Under the pieces are notes generated by a model. That model ran no database searches. It was not told where the DNA came from and was given only the letters and a program-made list of their open reading frames with translations. Shown here piece by piece: positions 20,424 through 30,112 of a DNA stretch of 64,000 nucleotides. This stretch comes from an uncultured Candidatus Saccharibacteria bacterium (GTDB lineage Bacteria; Patescibacteriota; Minisyncoccia; Phycocordibacterales; UBA1006). Position numbers and translations under genes: made by a program. The stretch spans positions 368 to 64,367 of the forward strand of contig CAZDPR010000002.1 in assembly GCA_964507625.1 (NCBI GenBank), given 5' to 3'. Within the stretch, counting starts at the first letter, position 1, and the number at the start of each line of letters is the position of its first letter.

Positions 20424-20813
20424 TCAATCAGTGTCTGAGAGTTTCTTGATATCTACACAGTTATCTATAATAATTTCTTCATTTTCTTGAATAAATGCGG
20501 TATCTCCTTTATTCCAAAAAATTAAAGTTTCATCTGGATTAATATAGCGAGCTCCTGATGCTGATATTGTTTGACTAAGGGTTATTTTTCGTTCGCCATT
20601 GTTAATATTTAGATCTACACTGTTCCCCTGCAGACTTTTTTTAAATACTGCGGATACATTGATATTATAATCACATACAAATATGGCAACTATTTCATTG
20701 GGTTCAATTACAGGGTCAATAATAATTTTAATATCATCTCTTTGTGATATAAAAAAAGCCACGACCGTTAAAATGATTACAATAATAAATACTAGTATTG
20801 TATTTCTACGCAT
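20424..20813 (-). CDS. MliC-family membrane-bound lysozyme inhibitor-like protein
   Basis: N-terminal TM; conserved SASGARY...FWNKGDTAF block and paired Cys typical of MliC/PliC. Confidence 0.5.
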   Translation of the reverse strand: MRRNTILVFIIVIILTVVAFFISQRDDIKIIIDPVIEPNEIVAIFVCDYNINVSAVFKKSLQGNSVDLNINNGERKITLSQTISASGARYINPDETLIFWNKGDTAFIQENEEIIIDNCVDIKKLSDTD

Positions 20814-21267
20814 AATATTTGCTTCTTAATAAATTGAGAATATTTTTTAAATCATACCCGTGAGTATCCGGTGCCACTTTTGACAATACTTCAACAACTT
20901 TACCTTGAGGATCAATAATATATGTCATGCGTTTTGTTGCGTTCGTGTCTAAATTTATTGCATGATACTTTTTAATTATTTCCTTGTCGGGATCTGAGAG
21001 TAATATGAATGGTAAAGAATGTTTTTCTTTAAATTTTTTATGAGAAAGTACTGAATCATTTGAGATACCAATGATTACGGTATCAGCTTCAAAATCTGAA
21101 TACGTGTCACGAATACTGCATGCCTGACGTGTACATCCAGGAGTATTATCTTTTGGATAAAAATAAATAATAATAAATTTACCTAAAAATTCTTTTAACG
21201 ATCGTTTTTTCCCTGTATCGTCTAAAAGTGCAAAATTTGGTGCTTTTGTGCCAATTTTAAATGACAT
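20806..21267 (-). CDS. bcp: Peroxiredoxin Bcp (thiol peroxidase, AhpC/TSA family)
   Basis: FYPKDNTPGCTRQACSIRD peroxidatic-Cys motif. Confidence 0.8.
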   Translation of the reverse strand: MSFKIGTKAPNFALLDDTGKKRSLKEFLGKFIIIYFYPKDNTPGCTRQACSIRDTYSDFEADTVIIGISNDSVLSHKKFKEKHSLPFILLSDPDKEIIKKYHAINLDTNATKRMTYIIDPQGKVVEVLSKVAPDTHGYDLKNILNLLRSKYYA

Positions 21268-21285
21268 ATAAATTTTTGTAGGATA

Positions 21286-21981
21286 TTAAGAATTAATAAA
21301 TAGGGTTTCCATATTCTTACTTGGGTCAGAATCAAAAATCATTCGCTCATATACTGCTCGTGTCACAAGAACATCTCGTTTACAATAATCACAAATCTCA
21401 TCTAGTTTGCCATTTTTATAAAATTCATACACCTGAGATCCATCGATACCATCTTTTGGGGTTGGGATACCTAATGCAAGAGCAATATGTTCCAATCCAG
21501 ATTTTTGACTCCCCCAGTTTGACCATTCTTGCATGGTGTCAAAAATAGGCATGTTATTATAACGAGCAAACGATAAATATTTATTCATTTCCCAGGGTTT
21601 CTTCCCGAATTCCTGAAATCGAGTCCATGTCGGTTTTACCCCAAGTACAATCGATCGTTGTAGTAAAAATCGTAAATCAAAATCCATAATATTATGTCCA
21701 ATAAACTGTTCGCACTGCCCTGCTATATGCCAAAAATCTTCTAAAATTTTCTTTTCATTATCTGGATAACTAATAATTCGAGGTGCATCTTTATTTACCG
21801 CATACCCGATACATACTACGCGACCATAAGCTCCATCAAATGATGTTTTAGTAATAAATTCATCGAAAGTTTCTGTGTATTCTGCATTTTTCTCTTTCTT
21901 TTTTTCATACAAAGCCCTCAATACTCCATATGACTCCTCTCCAGCTGGAATAGTTTCAATATCAAAAAAAAGTTTATTCAT
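21286..21981 (-). CDS. DEDDy 3'-5' exonuclease (DnaQ-like/RNase H-like superfamily; PolB-exonuclease-related)
   Basis: Exo I FDIETIP, Exo II HNIMDFDLRFL, Exo III YCKRD motifs. Confidence 0.55.
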   Translation of the reverse strand: MNKLFFDIETIPAGEESYGVLRALYEKKKEKNAEYTETFDEFITKTSFDGAYGRVVCIGYAVNKDAPRIISYPDNEKKILEDFWHIAGQCEQFIGHNIMDFDLRFLLQRSIVLGVKPTWTRFQEFGKKPWEMNKYLSFARYNNMPIFDTMQEWSNWGSQKSGLEHIALALGIPTPKDGIDGSQVYEFYKNGKLDEICDYCKRDVLVTRAVYERMIFDSDPSKNMETLFINS

Positions 21982-22028
21982 ATAGAATCTATTATAACAA
22001 AAAATAGCCGTATAGGCTATTTAAAAAT

Positions 22029-23321
22029 TTACTTCAAACTAAATCCGGTTTTAGGTAAATAAAGCATCGGATCAAGATATGCGTTCGTCGGCGCGAGTGG
22101 CATAGTGTAATTTTTTCCTGCGCACGCAGAACTTGGCCTCTGTGCAATACGAGCCCCCTCTTCCCCATCAACACCATTTGATGCGTATACTGTCAAATGC
22201 AAGTGAGGTCCCGTTGTATGCCCAGTATTACCAGAATATCCTATCAAGTCACCTCTTTTTACCTGTTGACCTGTAGAAACTTTTATTCCGGAAAGGTGCC
22301 CATATGCTGTAGAAAGACCGTTATTATGACGAATAAATATCCATTTTCCAAAAGATGCTTTTGGACAAGTTATGTCTGTATCTCCAGTTCCTTCAATTAC
22401 CCCATCTGCAACAGAATAAATAGGAGTACCTACCGCTGCACGAAAATCAACTCCACTATGTGAACCAGATAGATATAACCTCTTTGCATCTACTGTTCTT
22501 CCAAATAATTGAGTGATAACCACATCTTTAATAGGCCAACCAAGAGCGTTTGATCCCGGAGGTGGGAGTGATTGTGGGTTTAATGAAAATTTTAGCTGTG
22601 ATTCATACTCACGAATTTCATTGGTAATTTGCTCTACTTGCTGCTGAAGAGTTTGTACCATCTTTTCATATTCTGTTTGTTTTCCTTTTGTTTCCTTTAA
22701 TAATTTATCTTTTTCCTTCTTTTGATCTGCTAAAATTTTTTCTTTGTCACTCAATTCTCCCACCAATCCTTCTAATTCCTTTTTTTGTTTTTCCAGTTGT
22801 TCCTGGGCAAGAGACAACTGAATTGTTTTATCGTGCATTACTCGCACAGATCCCCGTAAAGCATTTTGAAGACGACTTAGATCTTGATAGTCTTGTAAAA
22901 AATCTGAAATTGTTTGTCCAGTAAATAACATTTCTAATGGACTCCTGTTATCTTGCATGTTTACTTTACGTAATGTTTCAGCAATAACATATCGATTATG
23001 GTTAATACCTTTTGATAAATCTTGTATCTCTGAAACATTTTGATTCATGGTTATATTTGTTTTGTCAATTTTCGTACTTGTTGATCGTAATGATGTTTGG
23101 AGTACTTTTTGAGATGTTTGCAAATTTAAAACTTCACTACTTAAAGTTCGTGTCTGTCCTGAATAATATTGAATTTGATTTTGATATTGATTAATCTGTT
23201 GTTCTAACTTACGGATCTCAGCTTCTTTTTCTGCTATAGCATCTTTTGTATTAGCAAATACAATAATAGGTAAACATGCCGAAAACATAAAAACGATCCC
23301 TATTGTAGTAATAAATTTCAT
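22029..23321 (-). CDS. M23 family metallopeptidase with N-terminal coiled coil (EnvC/LytM-like)
   Basis: Signal peptide and long coiled coil; C-terminal HSGVDFRA...GHTTGPHLHLTVY M23 motifs (HxxxD, HxH). Confidence 0.75.
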   Translation of the reverse strand: MKFITTIGIVFMFSACLPIIVFANTKDAIAEKEAEIRKLEQQINQYQNQIQYYSGQTRTLSSEVLNLQTSQKVLQTSLRSTSTKIDKTNITMNQNVSEIQDLSKGINHNRYVIAETLRKVNMQDNRSPLEMLFTGQTISDFLQDYQDLSRLQNALRGSVRVMHDKTIQLSLAQEQLEKQKKELEGLVGELSDKEKILADQKKEKDKLLKETKGKQTEYEKMVQTLQQQVEQITNEIREYESQLKFSLNPQSLPPPGSNALGWPIKDVVITQLFGRTVDAKRLYLSGSHSGVDFRAAVGTPIYSVADGVIEGTGDTDITCPKASFGKWIFIRHNNGLSTAYGHLSGIKVSTGQQVKRGDLIGYSGNTGHTTGPHLHLTVYASNGVDGEEGARIAQRPSSACAGKNYTMPLAPTNAYLDPMLYLPKTGFSLK

Positions 23322-23380
23322 ATAGTTATTAGTATATCACATCCTTTTCAAGGAAATAATATAGCTGGGGAAAAATAAAA

Positions 23381-23410
23381 AACGGTGTTTGATACACCGT
23401 TTTTTATTTA
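23381..23410. terminator. Bidirectional terminator downstream of gltX
   Basis: AACGGTGT-ttgat-ACACCGTT stem with runs on both sides. Confidence 0.55.
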
Positions 23411-24732
23411 ATAATCTTCTCAATTCTTTGTAATGTAATATCCTTACCAAGTATTTCCAAGAGTATAAAGGGGTCAGGTGATTTGTCTTTTCCAGATAAT
23501 ACATACCGTAACGGCCAGAGCACGTTACCTCGCCCCTGTGCCTCCACATAGTCCCAAATGAACGTTTTTAATTCATTTTGATCCCAATTACCAGTATAAG
23601 ATAAAAACATTTCATAGAGTACTTTTAAGTGTTTTTTTGCATTTTCAAGCGTATCCTGTTTCCAAATAATATTATGTATCGGAAATTCTGGATGAGTAAT
23701 ATAATAATCAAATTCTCCTTGTTCAGCCATGGTAGCCACTTCAGAAAAAAAGTGAATCCGCTCAATTATTATTGGAAAAATTTTTTCGAATAGTTCATCA
23801 TCTATATTATGTAGTACACCCGGTAAAAATTTACGAACTTGTTTTTTTTGTTCATCAATTGGTAATGCCCGCAAATATTCCCGATTAAACCAATTGAGTT
23901 TTTCTTCATTGAATACTGCTGCTGATTTTTGTACCCGAGACAAATCAAATCGTTCTATTAATTCAGAGCGAGAAAAAATTTCTTGTTCTGAACCAGGATC
24001 CGCCGGGTTCCATCCGATCATGGCAACGGCATTAAACACCGCATCAGGGAGATACCCTTTATCTGCATAAGATGTCACCGGGAGTGCTCCACGACGTTTA
24101 GAAAGTTTTTGTTTATCAGGACCAAGTACAATCGGCAAATGTGCATACGCAGGTAGTTCCCAGCCCAATGCCTGATGAATCAAAATCTGACGTGGAGTAT
24201 TCGCAATATGTTCTTCTGCACGAACAACGTGGGTTACCCCCTCATCATGATCGTCGACTACAACTGCTAAATGGTATAACGGTTCTGTTAATGACCGTGC
24301 AATAACAAAGTCCCCGAGATCAGAAACATCAGTTGCAATTTCTCCTCGAATCAAATCATTAAAGGTAACGACAGTGTTTGGGTTTTTAAAACGGACAATA
24401 TCTTTCATAACACCCGATCCGTCTTTTGCTTCTTCTTTGGAAACATAGGCTGCGCCGATATCAATTAATGTTTGTAATATTTCCCGATGTCGATCTACAT
24501 TTTCTGATTGAATATATTTTGCATCATAATCAAGTCCTAACCATTCGAGTGCATTATAAATATCGAGTTCCGATTCTTTATCATTACGAGCCGTATCAGT
24601 GTCTTCGATTCGTAAAATAAATTTCCCGTTCTGATTACGTGCAAATAACCATGCGTACATGGCGGTGCGATAGCTCCCAATGTGAGCTTTTCCGGTTGGT
24701 GACGGAGCGAATCGAGTAATAACTGGTTTCAT
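23404..24732 (-). CDS. gltX: Glutamate--tRNA ligase
   Basis: PSPTGKAHIG (HIGH) and KLSKRRG (KMSKS) motifs. The start was moved to MKPVITRF at 24730-24732, because the longer ORF adds a non-conserved hydrophobic leader. Confidence 0.85.
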   Translation of the reverse strand: MKPVITRFAPSPTGKAHIGSYRTAMYAWLFARNQNGKFILRIEDTDTARNDKESELDIYNALEWLGLDYDAKYIQSENVDRHREILQTLIDIGAAYVSKEEAKDGSGVMKDIVRFKNPNTVVTFNDLIRGEIATDVSDLGDFVIARSLTEPLYHLAVVVDDHDEGVTHVVRAEEHIANTPRQILIHQALGWELPAYAHLPIVLGPDKQKLSKRRGALPVTSYADKGYLPDAVFNAVAMIGWNPADPGSEQEIFSRSELIERFDLSRVQKSAAVFNEEKLNWFNREYLRALPIDEQKKQVRKFLPGVLHNIDDELFEKIFPIIIERIHFFSEVATMAEQGEFDYYITHPEFPIHNIIWKQDTLENAKKHLKVLYEMFLSYTGNWDQNELKTFIWDYVEAQGRGNVLWPLRYVLSGKDKSPDPFILLEILGKDITLQRIEKIIK

Positions 24733-24822
24733 ATTCCCTACTCTACCAAAAAATACCTCTTTTGACGAGGAATTGACAAATATGTTAATATATTTATTAT
24801 TAATTTTAAATAAATAACAACT

Positions 24823-25323
24823 ATGGCAACTTACGATGCAAAAACTAAAGATGATAAGTGTATTTTTTGTGAAATTGCCCAAAAACGCTTTGACACACCT
24901 GGAATTTTTTGGCAAGACAATGAATATATGGCATTTCTTTCAATAGATCCTAATACAGAAGGATTCACCTGTGTTATTCCAAAAGAACATCATGGTAGTG
25001 ATATTATGAAAATGCCAGATGATGCTTTGCAAAAACTAATTCTTGCAAGTAAGAAGGTTTCAGGTATTCTCGAAAATTATTATTCTGATGTTGGAAGAAT
25101 TGGTGTATTAATGGAGGGTACTGGAATTGATCATGCACATGTTAAACTATTTCCCATGCATGGAACCGAGGCATTAAAACGAGGAGAATGGCAACAATAT
25201 CTATCTGGCAAAGAATTTTGGTTTGATACATATGAGGGATGGATTTGTTCCGGAGGTGGACCCAAGGCAGATCCTGAAGAATTAAAAAATCTTGCACAAA
25301 AACTAATTGAATCACAAAAATAA
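24823..25323 (+). CDS. HIT-family hydrolase
   Basis: CIFCEI N-terminal motif and IDHAHVKLFP histidine-triad-like motif. Confidence 0.55.
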   Translation: MATYDAKTKDDKCIFCEIAQKRFDTPGIFWQDNEYMAFLSIDPNTEGFTCVIPKEHHGSDIMKMPDDALQKLILASKKVSGILENYYSDVGRIGVLMEGTGIDHAHVKLFPMHGTEALKRGEWQQYLSGKEFWFDTYEGWICSGGGPKADPEELKNLAQKLIESQK

Positions 25324-25326
25324 AAA

Positions 25327-25344
25327 GCCCCCATGGGGCATTTT
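25327..25344. terminator. Bidirectional terminator
   Basis: GCCCCATGGGGC palindrome followed by a T run, between convergent HIT and murG. Confidence 0.5.
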
Positions 25345-26478
25345 TTATTTTTGCGCTATATGTGAAAGTCCAATCTCTATAATTTTACGAGCAATTTTTT
25401 CTGCTGCATCACCAATAAAAAATTTCTCTGCATCTTCTTGCATTTTTTTATAAATTTCTCGATTTTCAATAATACGATCAATTTCATGAGTAACAATATG
25501 AGGAGTAAGATTTTTTTCTTCAATAACAATTCCTCCACCTACACGAGCATAATTGTATGCATTTTTTCTTTGATGGTCATCATTTGATTCAGTAATAGGA
25601 ATTACAATCGCAGGTACTTTCCATGACGCAATTTCAAACAGCATAGATCCAGCTCGTGTAATGACAATATTTGCAACTCCCGCTGCCATACGAATAGCTA
25701 AAGGGTTCAAAAATGGAAACGGTTTGTACCGAAGTTCATGTTCATTATTTTCCAAAATAAATTTTGCACGCATAGTCACATCGTCAAAATTAGTTTTCCC
25801 TGTTTGATGAATGACTTGATATTTTTTTACTAAATCTGGGAGCGCAAGGAGTACTGCTTCATTAATAATTTGAGCCCCTAATGAACCCCCAATAATAAAC
25901 ACCACGGGAACATTTTGTTCAATCTGAAGAAATTCATAAGCACCATTTGCAACAGGATGCAACAATTCGGGACGGACCGGTTGTCCGGTGAGTGCCACCT
26001 TTTCTTTTGGAAAATAATCTGCAGATTCTTGATATGATATTGCAATATATTTTGCGAATTTTCCTGCCCATTTAGTTACTCGTCCAGGTGCAGAGTCAGA
26101 TTCATGAATAATGACAGGAATTCCTAATAATCGTGCAGCGAATAATGTTGGAAATGATGCATACGCACCTTTTGCAAAAACAACATCTGGAAATACTTTA
26201 AATAAATTCCAAAAAGCAACTAAAATTCCATATGCGGTTTTAAATACATCAAAAAAGTTTTTAATTGAAAAATAAATTCTCAATTTCCCTGCTGGAATTT
26301 CTATAAACCGAATTCTATTTTCAAAAAGTGACCCTTGATCGTATGGTGCATCGGAAAAATAATACATCTCCAAATGTGCAATTTTTTCAATATCTGAAAT
26401 TTTGTTAATTTCTTGAGCTACGGCAACAAGTGGATAAAAATGTCCTCCTGTTCCGCCTCCTGTTAATACTATTTTCAT
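25345..26478 (-). CDS. murG: UDP-GlcNAc:lipid I N-acetylglucosaminyltransferase
   Basis: MKIVLTGGGTGGHFYP N-terminus and GT28 C-terminal domain. Confidence 0.85.
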   Translation of the reverse strand: MKIVLTGGGTGGHFYPLVAVAQEINKISDIEKIAHLEMYYFSDAPYDQGSLFENRIRFIEIPAGKLRIYFSIKNFFDVFKTAYGILVAFWNLFKVFPDVVFAKGAYASFPTLFAARLLGIPVIIHESDSAPGRVTKWAGKFAKYIAISYQESADYFPKEKVALTGQPVRPELLHPVANGAYEFLQIEQNVPVVFIIGGSLGAQIINEAVLLALPDLVKKYQVIHQTGKTNFDDVTMRAKFILENNEHELRYKPFPFLNPLAIRMAAGVANIVITRAGSMLFEIASWKVPAIVIPITESNDDHQRKNAYNYARVGGGIVIEEKNLTPHIVTHEIDRIIENREIYKKMQEDAEKFFIGDAAEKIARKIIEIGLSHIAQK

Positions 26479-26504
26479 ATAATGTTATTATAGCTCACTA
26501 TTAC

Positions 26505-27650
26505 CTACTCACCAAGCTTTTTTACTGGTAACGATACTGTTTTTTGGTATTGCGAAACATTCAATACTAAACCAACTGCAAGTAATGAAAACAAAAGCGC
26601 AGTTCCTCCATGGCTCACAAAAATTAAAGGCAATCCTGATAATGGAAACAAGCCAATCGTAGAGGCAATATTTAAAAATGACTGAGACACAATAATAGTA
26701 ATAATACCTACTACCAAATACCGACTGAATGGGTCATGAGTTTTTGTAGCAATAATATAACCACGTAATGCAAATGCGATATATAAAACAATAAGCCCTA
26801 CTGAACCTATAAATCCAAATTCTTCTGCCATAACAGCATAGATGGAGTCACTCAATGGTTCTGGCAAATATTTGAATTTTTGAATACTTTGACCAAATCC
26901 TCTCCCTGTAAACTCCCCTGAACCAACCGCAATGAGTGATTGTTGAATTTGGTACGATGCATTTAATGGGTCATGTGATGGATTTAAAAAGGTTGTTAAT
27001 CGGTTGAGAAGATATGGTCGAGATGCAATCAAAATTCCTCCCGCAACAATGGCGATCAATATTAAAAAACCAATATGTTTCACTTTTTGAGAAAATTTTC
27101 CTTCAGCAACAAAATACATAATAGTACAGGTAATTGCAATAATCATTACACTATCTGTATCTGGTTGAGGAAGTAATATTGCACCAGCTAAACCGATAAT
27201 ACCTAATAATGGGATTAAAGAATACCAGAGCGATCCACTTTTTTTCTCAGAAAAAGACAGGAAAGCTGCGTAATAAATAATAAGTCCGTATTTTAAAATT
27301 TCAGAAGGTTGAAATGAGATAAATCCACCAATACTAATCCAACGAGCAGCTCCCCCCGAACTCCAACCGACAAAATATACTAAAATAGTAAGAAAAATAC
27401 CAAGTAATGCAAATGGTAATGCTAATTTCTTAATTGTAGTAATTTGTATTCGTGTTACTAAATACGCACCAACAATTCCACCAAATAATCCCAAAATAAC
27501 CTGAGTACCTATTAAACGAAATAATTGACTCGATTCGGCTCCTAGCAATGTCAGTGATGCTGAAAGAAAAACCAAGAGACCAAAAACAAGGAGAATTCCT
27601 ACAATAATAAGAAAAATTTTATCAACGGTAAATTTTTTTGCTTGAAACAT
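26505..27650 (-). CDS. ftsW: SEDS family peptidoglycan glycosyltransferase FtsW/RodA
   Basis: 10-TM SEDS protein in the mraY-ftsW-murG order; start set at MFQAKKF immediately after the mraY stop. Confidence 0.8.
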   Translation of the reverse strand: MFQAKKFTVDKIFLIIVGILLVFGLLVFLSASLTLLGAESSQLFRLIGTQVILGLFGGIVGAYLVTRIQITTIKKLALPFALLGIFLTILVYFVGWSSGGAARWISIGGFISFQPSEILKYGLIIYYAAFLSFSEKKSGSLWYSLIPLLGIIGLAGAILLPQPDTDSVMIIAITCTIMYFVAEGKFSQKVKHIGFLILIAIVAGGILIASRPYLLNRLTTFLNPSHDPLNASYQIQQSLIAVGSGEFTGRGFGQSIQKFKYLPEPLSDSIYAVMAEEFGFIGSVGLIVLYIAFALRGYIIATKTHDPFSRYLVVGIITIIVSQSFLNIASTIGLFPLSGLPLIFVSHGGTALLFSLLAVGLVLNVSQYQKTVSLPVKKLGE

Positions 27651-27654
27651 ATAT

Positions 27655-28710
27655 TTATCCAATAATTGCAATAATAATACCAATAACCGCAAACATAATA
27701 GAAATAATCCAATAACGCATTGTTACTTTTTCTCGACTCCAACCGAGTGCAATAAAATGGTGATGGAGTGGTGCAATACGAAAAATTTTTTTACCAAAAT
27801 AACGTTTTGAAAAGATTTGTGCAGCAGAGGAAAATGATGTTGCCACTAATAGAGCCCCAATGATTGGCAATAAGAATACTCCATCAACAAGAAAAACGAT
27901 ACAGGTAAGCGAGAGCGCGAGACCAAGCATTCCTGTTTCCCCCATATAAAACCGTGCAGGAGGAATATTGAACCATAAAAATGCTAAAATACCTCCTGTT
28001 ACCACAAAACAAAATGTAGCAATATCAATTTGGTTTTGTAAAAAAGCAATAACTCCAAAAGCTGCAAAAATTAATGACATCACCCCTCCAGCAAGACCAT
28101 CTACCCCATCAATAACTCGTGATGAAAAAGTACCGAGAGTTACTATAATAAAGATTGGTATAAACCACCATCCTACATGCCAATAACCCAAAAAAGGGAT
28201 ATAAATGTCTCGCATTCCTAATTTTCCAAAAAACCATAGTGACACAAGGAAGGCAATCATGATTACAATCATTACAAGATATCGCGAAGGCAATCCTTGT
28301 TTCATAAATGAAAATTTTTCGTTAAAAATTTCAACACAATCCTCAAAAAGTCCAAAAAGCCCACCGAAAACAAGCATAAGGAGCGGGATCAGTGTTTGAT
28401 TTTTGCTTAAAAAGTTTAATTTGTTTAAAAAATCTCCACCAATAATCTCTCGTGTAATAAAAATAATTCCTATGGTAATTAATACAGAGCTCCAAATAAT
28501 AATACCTCCCACGCGTGGAGTACTCACCTCTGTTTTTTCGTCATGAATTTTTTGAAATTCAACACTCAATGCATCAGGGTTATCTTTCAGTCGAGATGTA
28601 CGTTTCCATAATCTCCACTTATAAAAATAGTGAGTAAATAAGGGGGTAGTTACAATTCCAACAATAAAGGCAATTACTGAAGGGATGAAAATTTTAAGAA
28701 TACTTGGCAT
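27655..28710 (-). CDS. mraY: Phospho-N-acetylmuramoyl-pentapeptide transferase
   Basis: Polytopic membrane protein with DGVDGLAGG and IAPLHHHF motifs. Confidence 0.85.
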   Translation of the reverse strand: MPSILKIFIPSVIAFIVGIVTTPLFTHYFYKWRLWKRTSRLKDNPDALSVEFQKIHDEKTEVSTPRVGGIIIWSSVLITIGIIFITREIIGGDFLNKLNFLSKNQTLIPLLMLVFGGLFGLFEDCVEIFNEKFSFMKQGLPSRYLVMIVIMIAFLVSLWFFGKLGMRDIYIPFLGYWHVGWWFIPIFIIVTLGTFSSRVIDGVDGLAGGVMSLIFAAFGVIAFLQNQIDIATFCFVVTGGILAFLWFNIPPARFYMGETGMLGLALSLTCIVFLVDGVFLLPIIGALLVATSFSSAAQIFSKRYFGKKIFRIAPLHHHFIALGWSREKVTMRYWIISIMFAVIGIIIAIIG

Positions 28711-28722
28711 ATGATAATAATA

Positions 28723-29289
28723 TTATTCTGGTAATTGATCAGAATTTTCTGAAAAATTTTCTAATTCTTCAGAATCAGAGACTGGCGACCGTTTTGCAAT
28801 TTCTTCTGAAAACTGTTCGAATTGAGGTAATTGTTCAGGCGATTCAACACCTAAAAATCGTAAAGCATCTAAGGTTATTCGATAAGTATTTTTAGGAGCT
28901 TTTTCAATCATTCCTCGTATTAACAAGTTTCGTAACATAAATTGAGAATTAACTCCGCGAATATAATCAATATCTGAACGAGTAATAGGTCCCCGATATG
29001 CAATCAATGCAAGTGTTTCGAGTGCACCTTTTGAGAACTCTTTAATTGTTTCATTTTTTTCAACCTGTTTTAAAAATTCACGATACTCTGGACGGGTAAC
29101 TAATGTTACTGATTCGTTATAAATTAAAAGCATTACCGGATGATTCAATATTTGCTCATCAAGTTCTTTGAGTGCTATTTCTATTGAATCACGATCTATT
29201 TGCAATGTTTGTTCAAGGTCAGAAAAACGCCAGGAATCACCTGTAGTAAATAAGAGTGTGTATATAAGATTTGCATGAGAAAGTTTCAT
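28723..29289 (-). CDS. scpB: Segregation and condensation protein B
   Basis: Tandem winged-helix pattern (ETLALIAYRGPITRSDIDYIRGVNS); start at MKLSHANL. Confidence 0.75.
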   Translation of the reverse strand: MKLSHANLIYTLLFTTGDSWRFSDLEQTLQIDRDSIEIALKELDEQILNHPVMLLIYNESVTLVTRPEYREFLKQVEKNETIKEFSKGALETLALIAYRGPITRSDIDYIRGVNSQFMLRNLLIRGMIEKAPKNTYRITLDALRFLGVESPEQLPQFEQFSEEIAKRSPVSDSEELENFSENSDQLPE

Positions 29290-29296
29290 AGAGTTA

Positions 29297-30052
29297 TTAA
29301 TTATCTTGATAAGGAGTAACGACAATATCCTGAAAATTTTCTTGTTGTTCGACAAAAACTTGAGCTTTTTTAACCATTTCAAGTATTGCTAAAAATGATA
29401 ACACCGCAAATACTTTTGCTTCTCGTTTTTCTTCTTGATTTGTCGCACTGTGATAGCGATGTGTTATATCGCGCATATGAAAAGATCCTGATTGTACTGC
29501 TTTCTGAACCCGCTCCATAACATCTGCTAAACTTAAGGTTTTTTTTACAGACTGTTTTGGAAGTGTTTCATTAATAGGGACGGTGGCACATAATTCAGTA
29601 AGTACCTCTAGTAATGCCTTTATATTCAATGATTCATGCGGAGAAAAAAGAATCTCTTTTTTCTCTTTTGGTGGGTTACCAATGAAAAAATATGGCGATG
29701 TACTTATTTTCTTTCGTAACAATTCTCCGTAACGAACAATGATTTCATAGATTCGTAATCGTTCAGTTAAATCGTCTATAGAGCCCTCTTCTTCATCGGT
29801 GAGTTGGATTGCTGGTAATAAACTTTTTGCTTTAATTAAAATTAACGCAGCAGCAATGGTAATAAATTGTGACTGATCGTACATTTTATGCATTCCATGC
29901 GTTTCTTGTGAAAGACTATTAATGTACTGTAAATAATCTTCAGTTACTTCTGCAAGCGATATTTCAGAAATATGCATCTTTTTATTTTCAATTAATGACA
30001 GGAGGAGTTCTAGTGGACCTTCAAAATACGACCGTTTGAGCGAAAAATTCAT
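29297..30052 (-). CDS. scpA: Segregation and condensation protein A (kleisin)
   Basis: FEGPLELLLSLIENKKMHISEISLAEVTEDYL N-terminal kleisin motif. Confidence 0.75.
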   Translation of the reverse strand: MNFSLKRSYFEGPLELLLSLIENKKMHISEISLAEVTEDYLQYINSLSQETHGMHKMYDQSQFITIAAALILIKAKSLLPAIQLTDEEEGSIDDLTERLRIYEIIVRYGELLRKKISTSPYFFIGNPPKEKKEILFSPHESLNIKALLEVLTELCATVPINETLPKQSVKKTLSLADVMERVQKAVQSGSFHMRDITHRYHSATNQEEKREAKVFAVLSFLAILEMVKKAQVFVEQQENFQDIVVTPYQDN

Positions 30053-30086
30053 ATGACTTGATTATACCACAAATACTAATAACAAA

Positions 30087-30112
30087 AAACACTCATTAAT
30101 GAGTGTTTTTTG
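30087..30112 (-). terminator. Terminator downstream of aspS
   Basis: AACACTCATTAATGAGTGTT palindrome with a T run. Confidence 0.5.
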
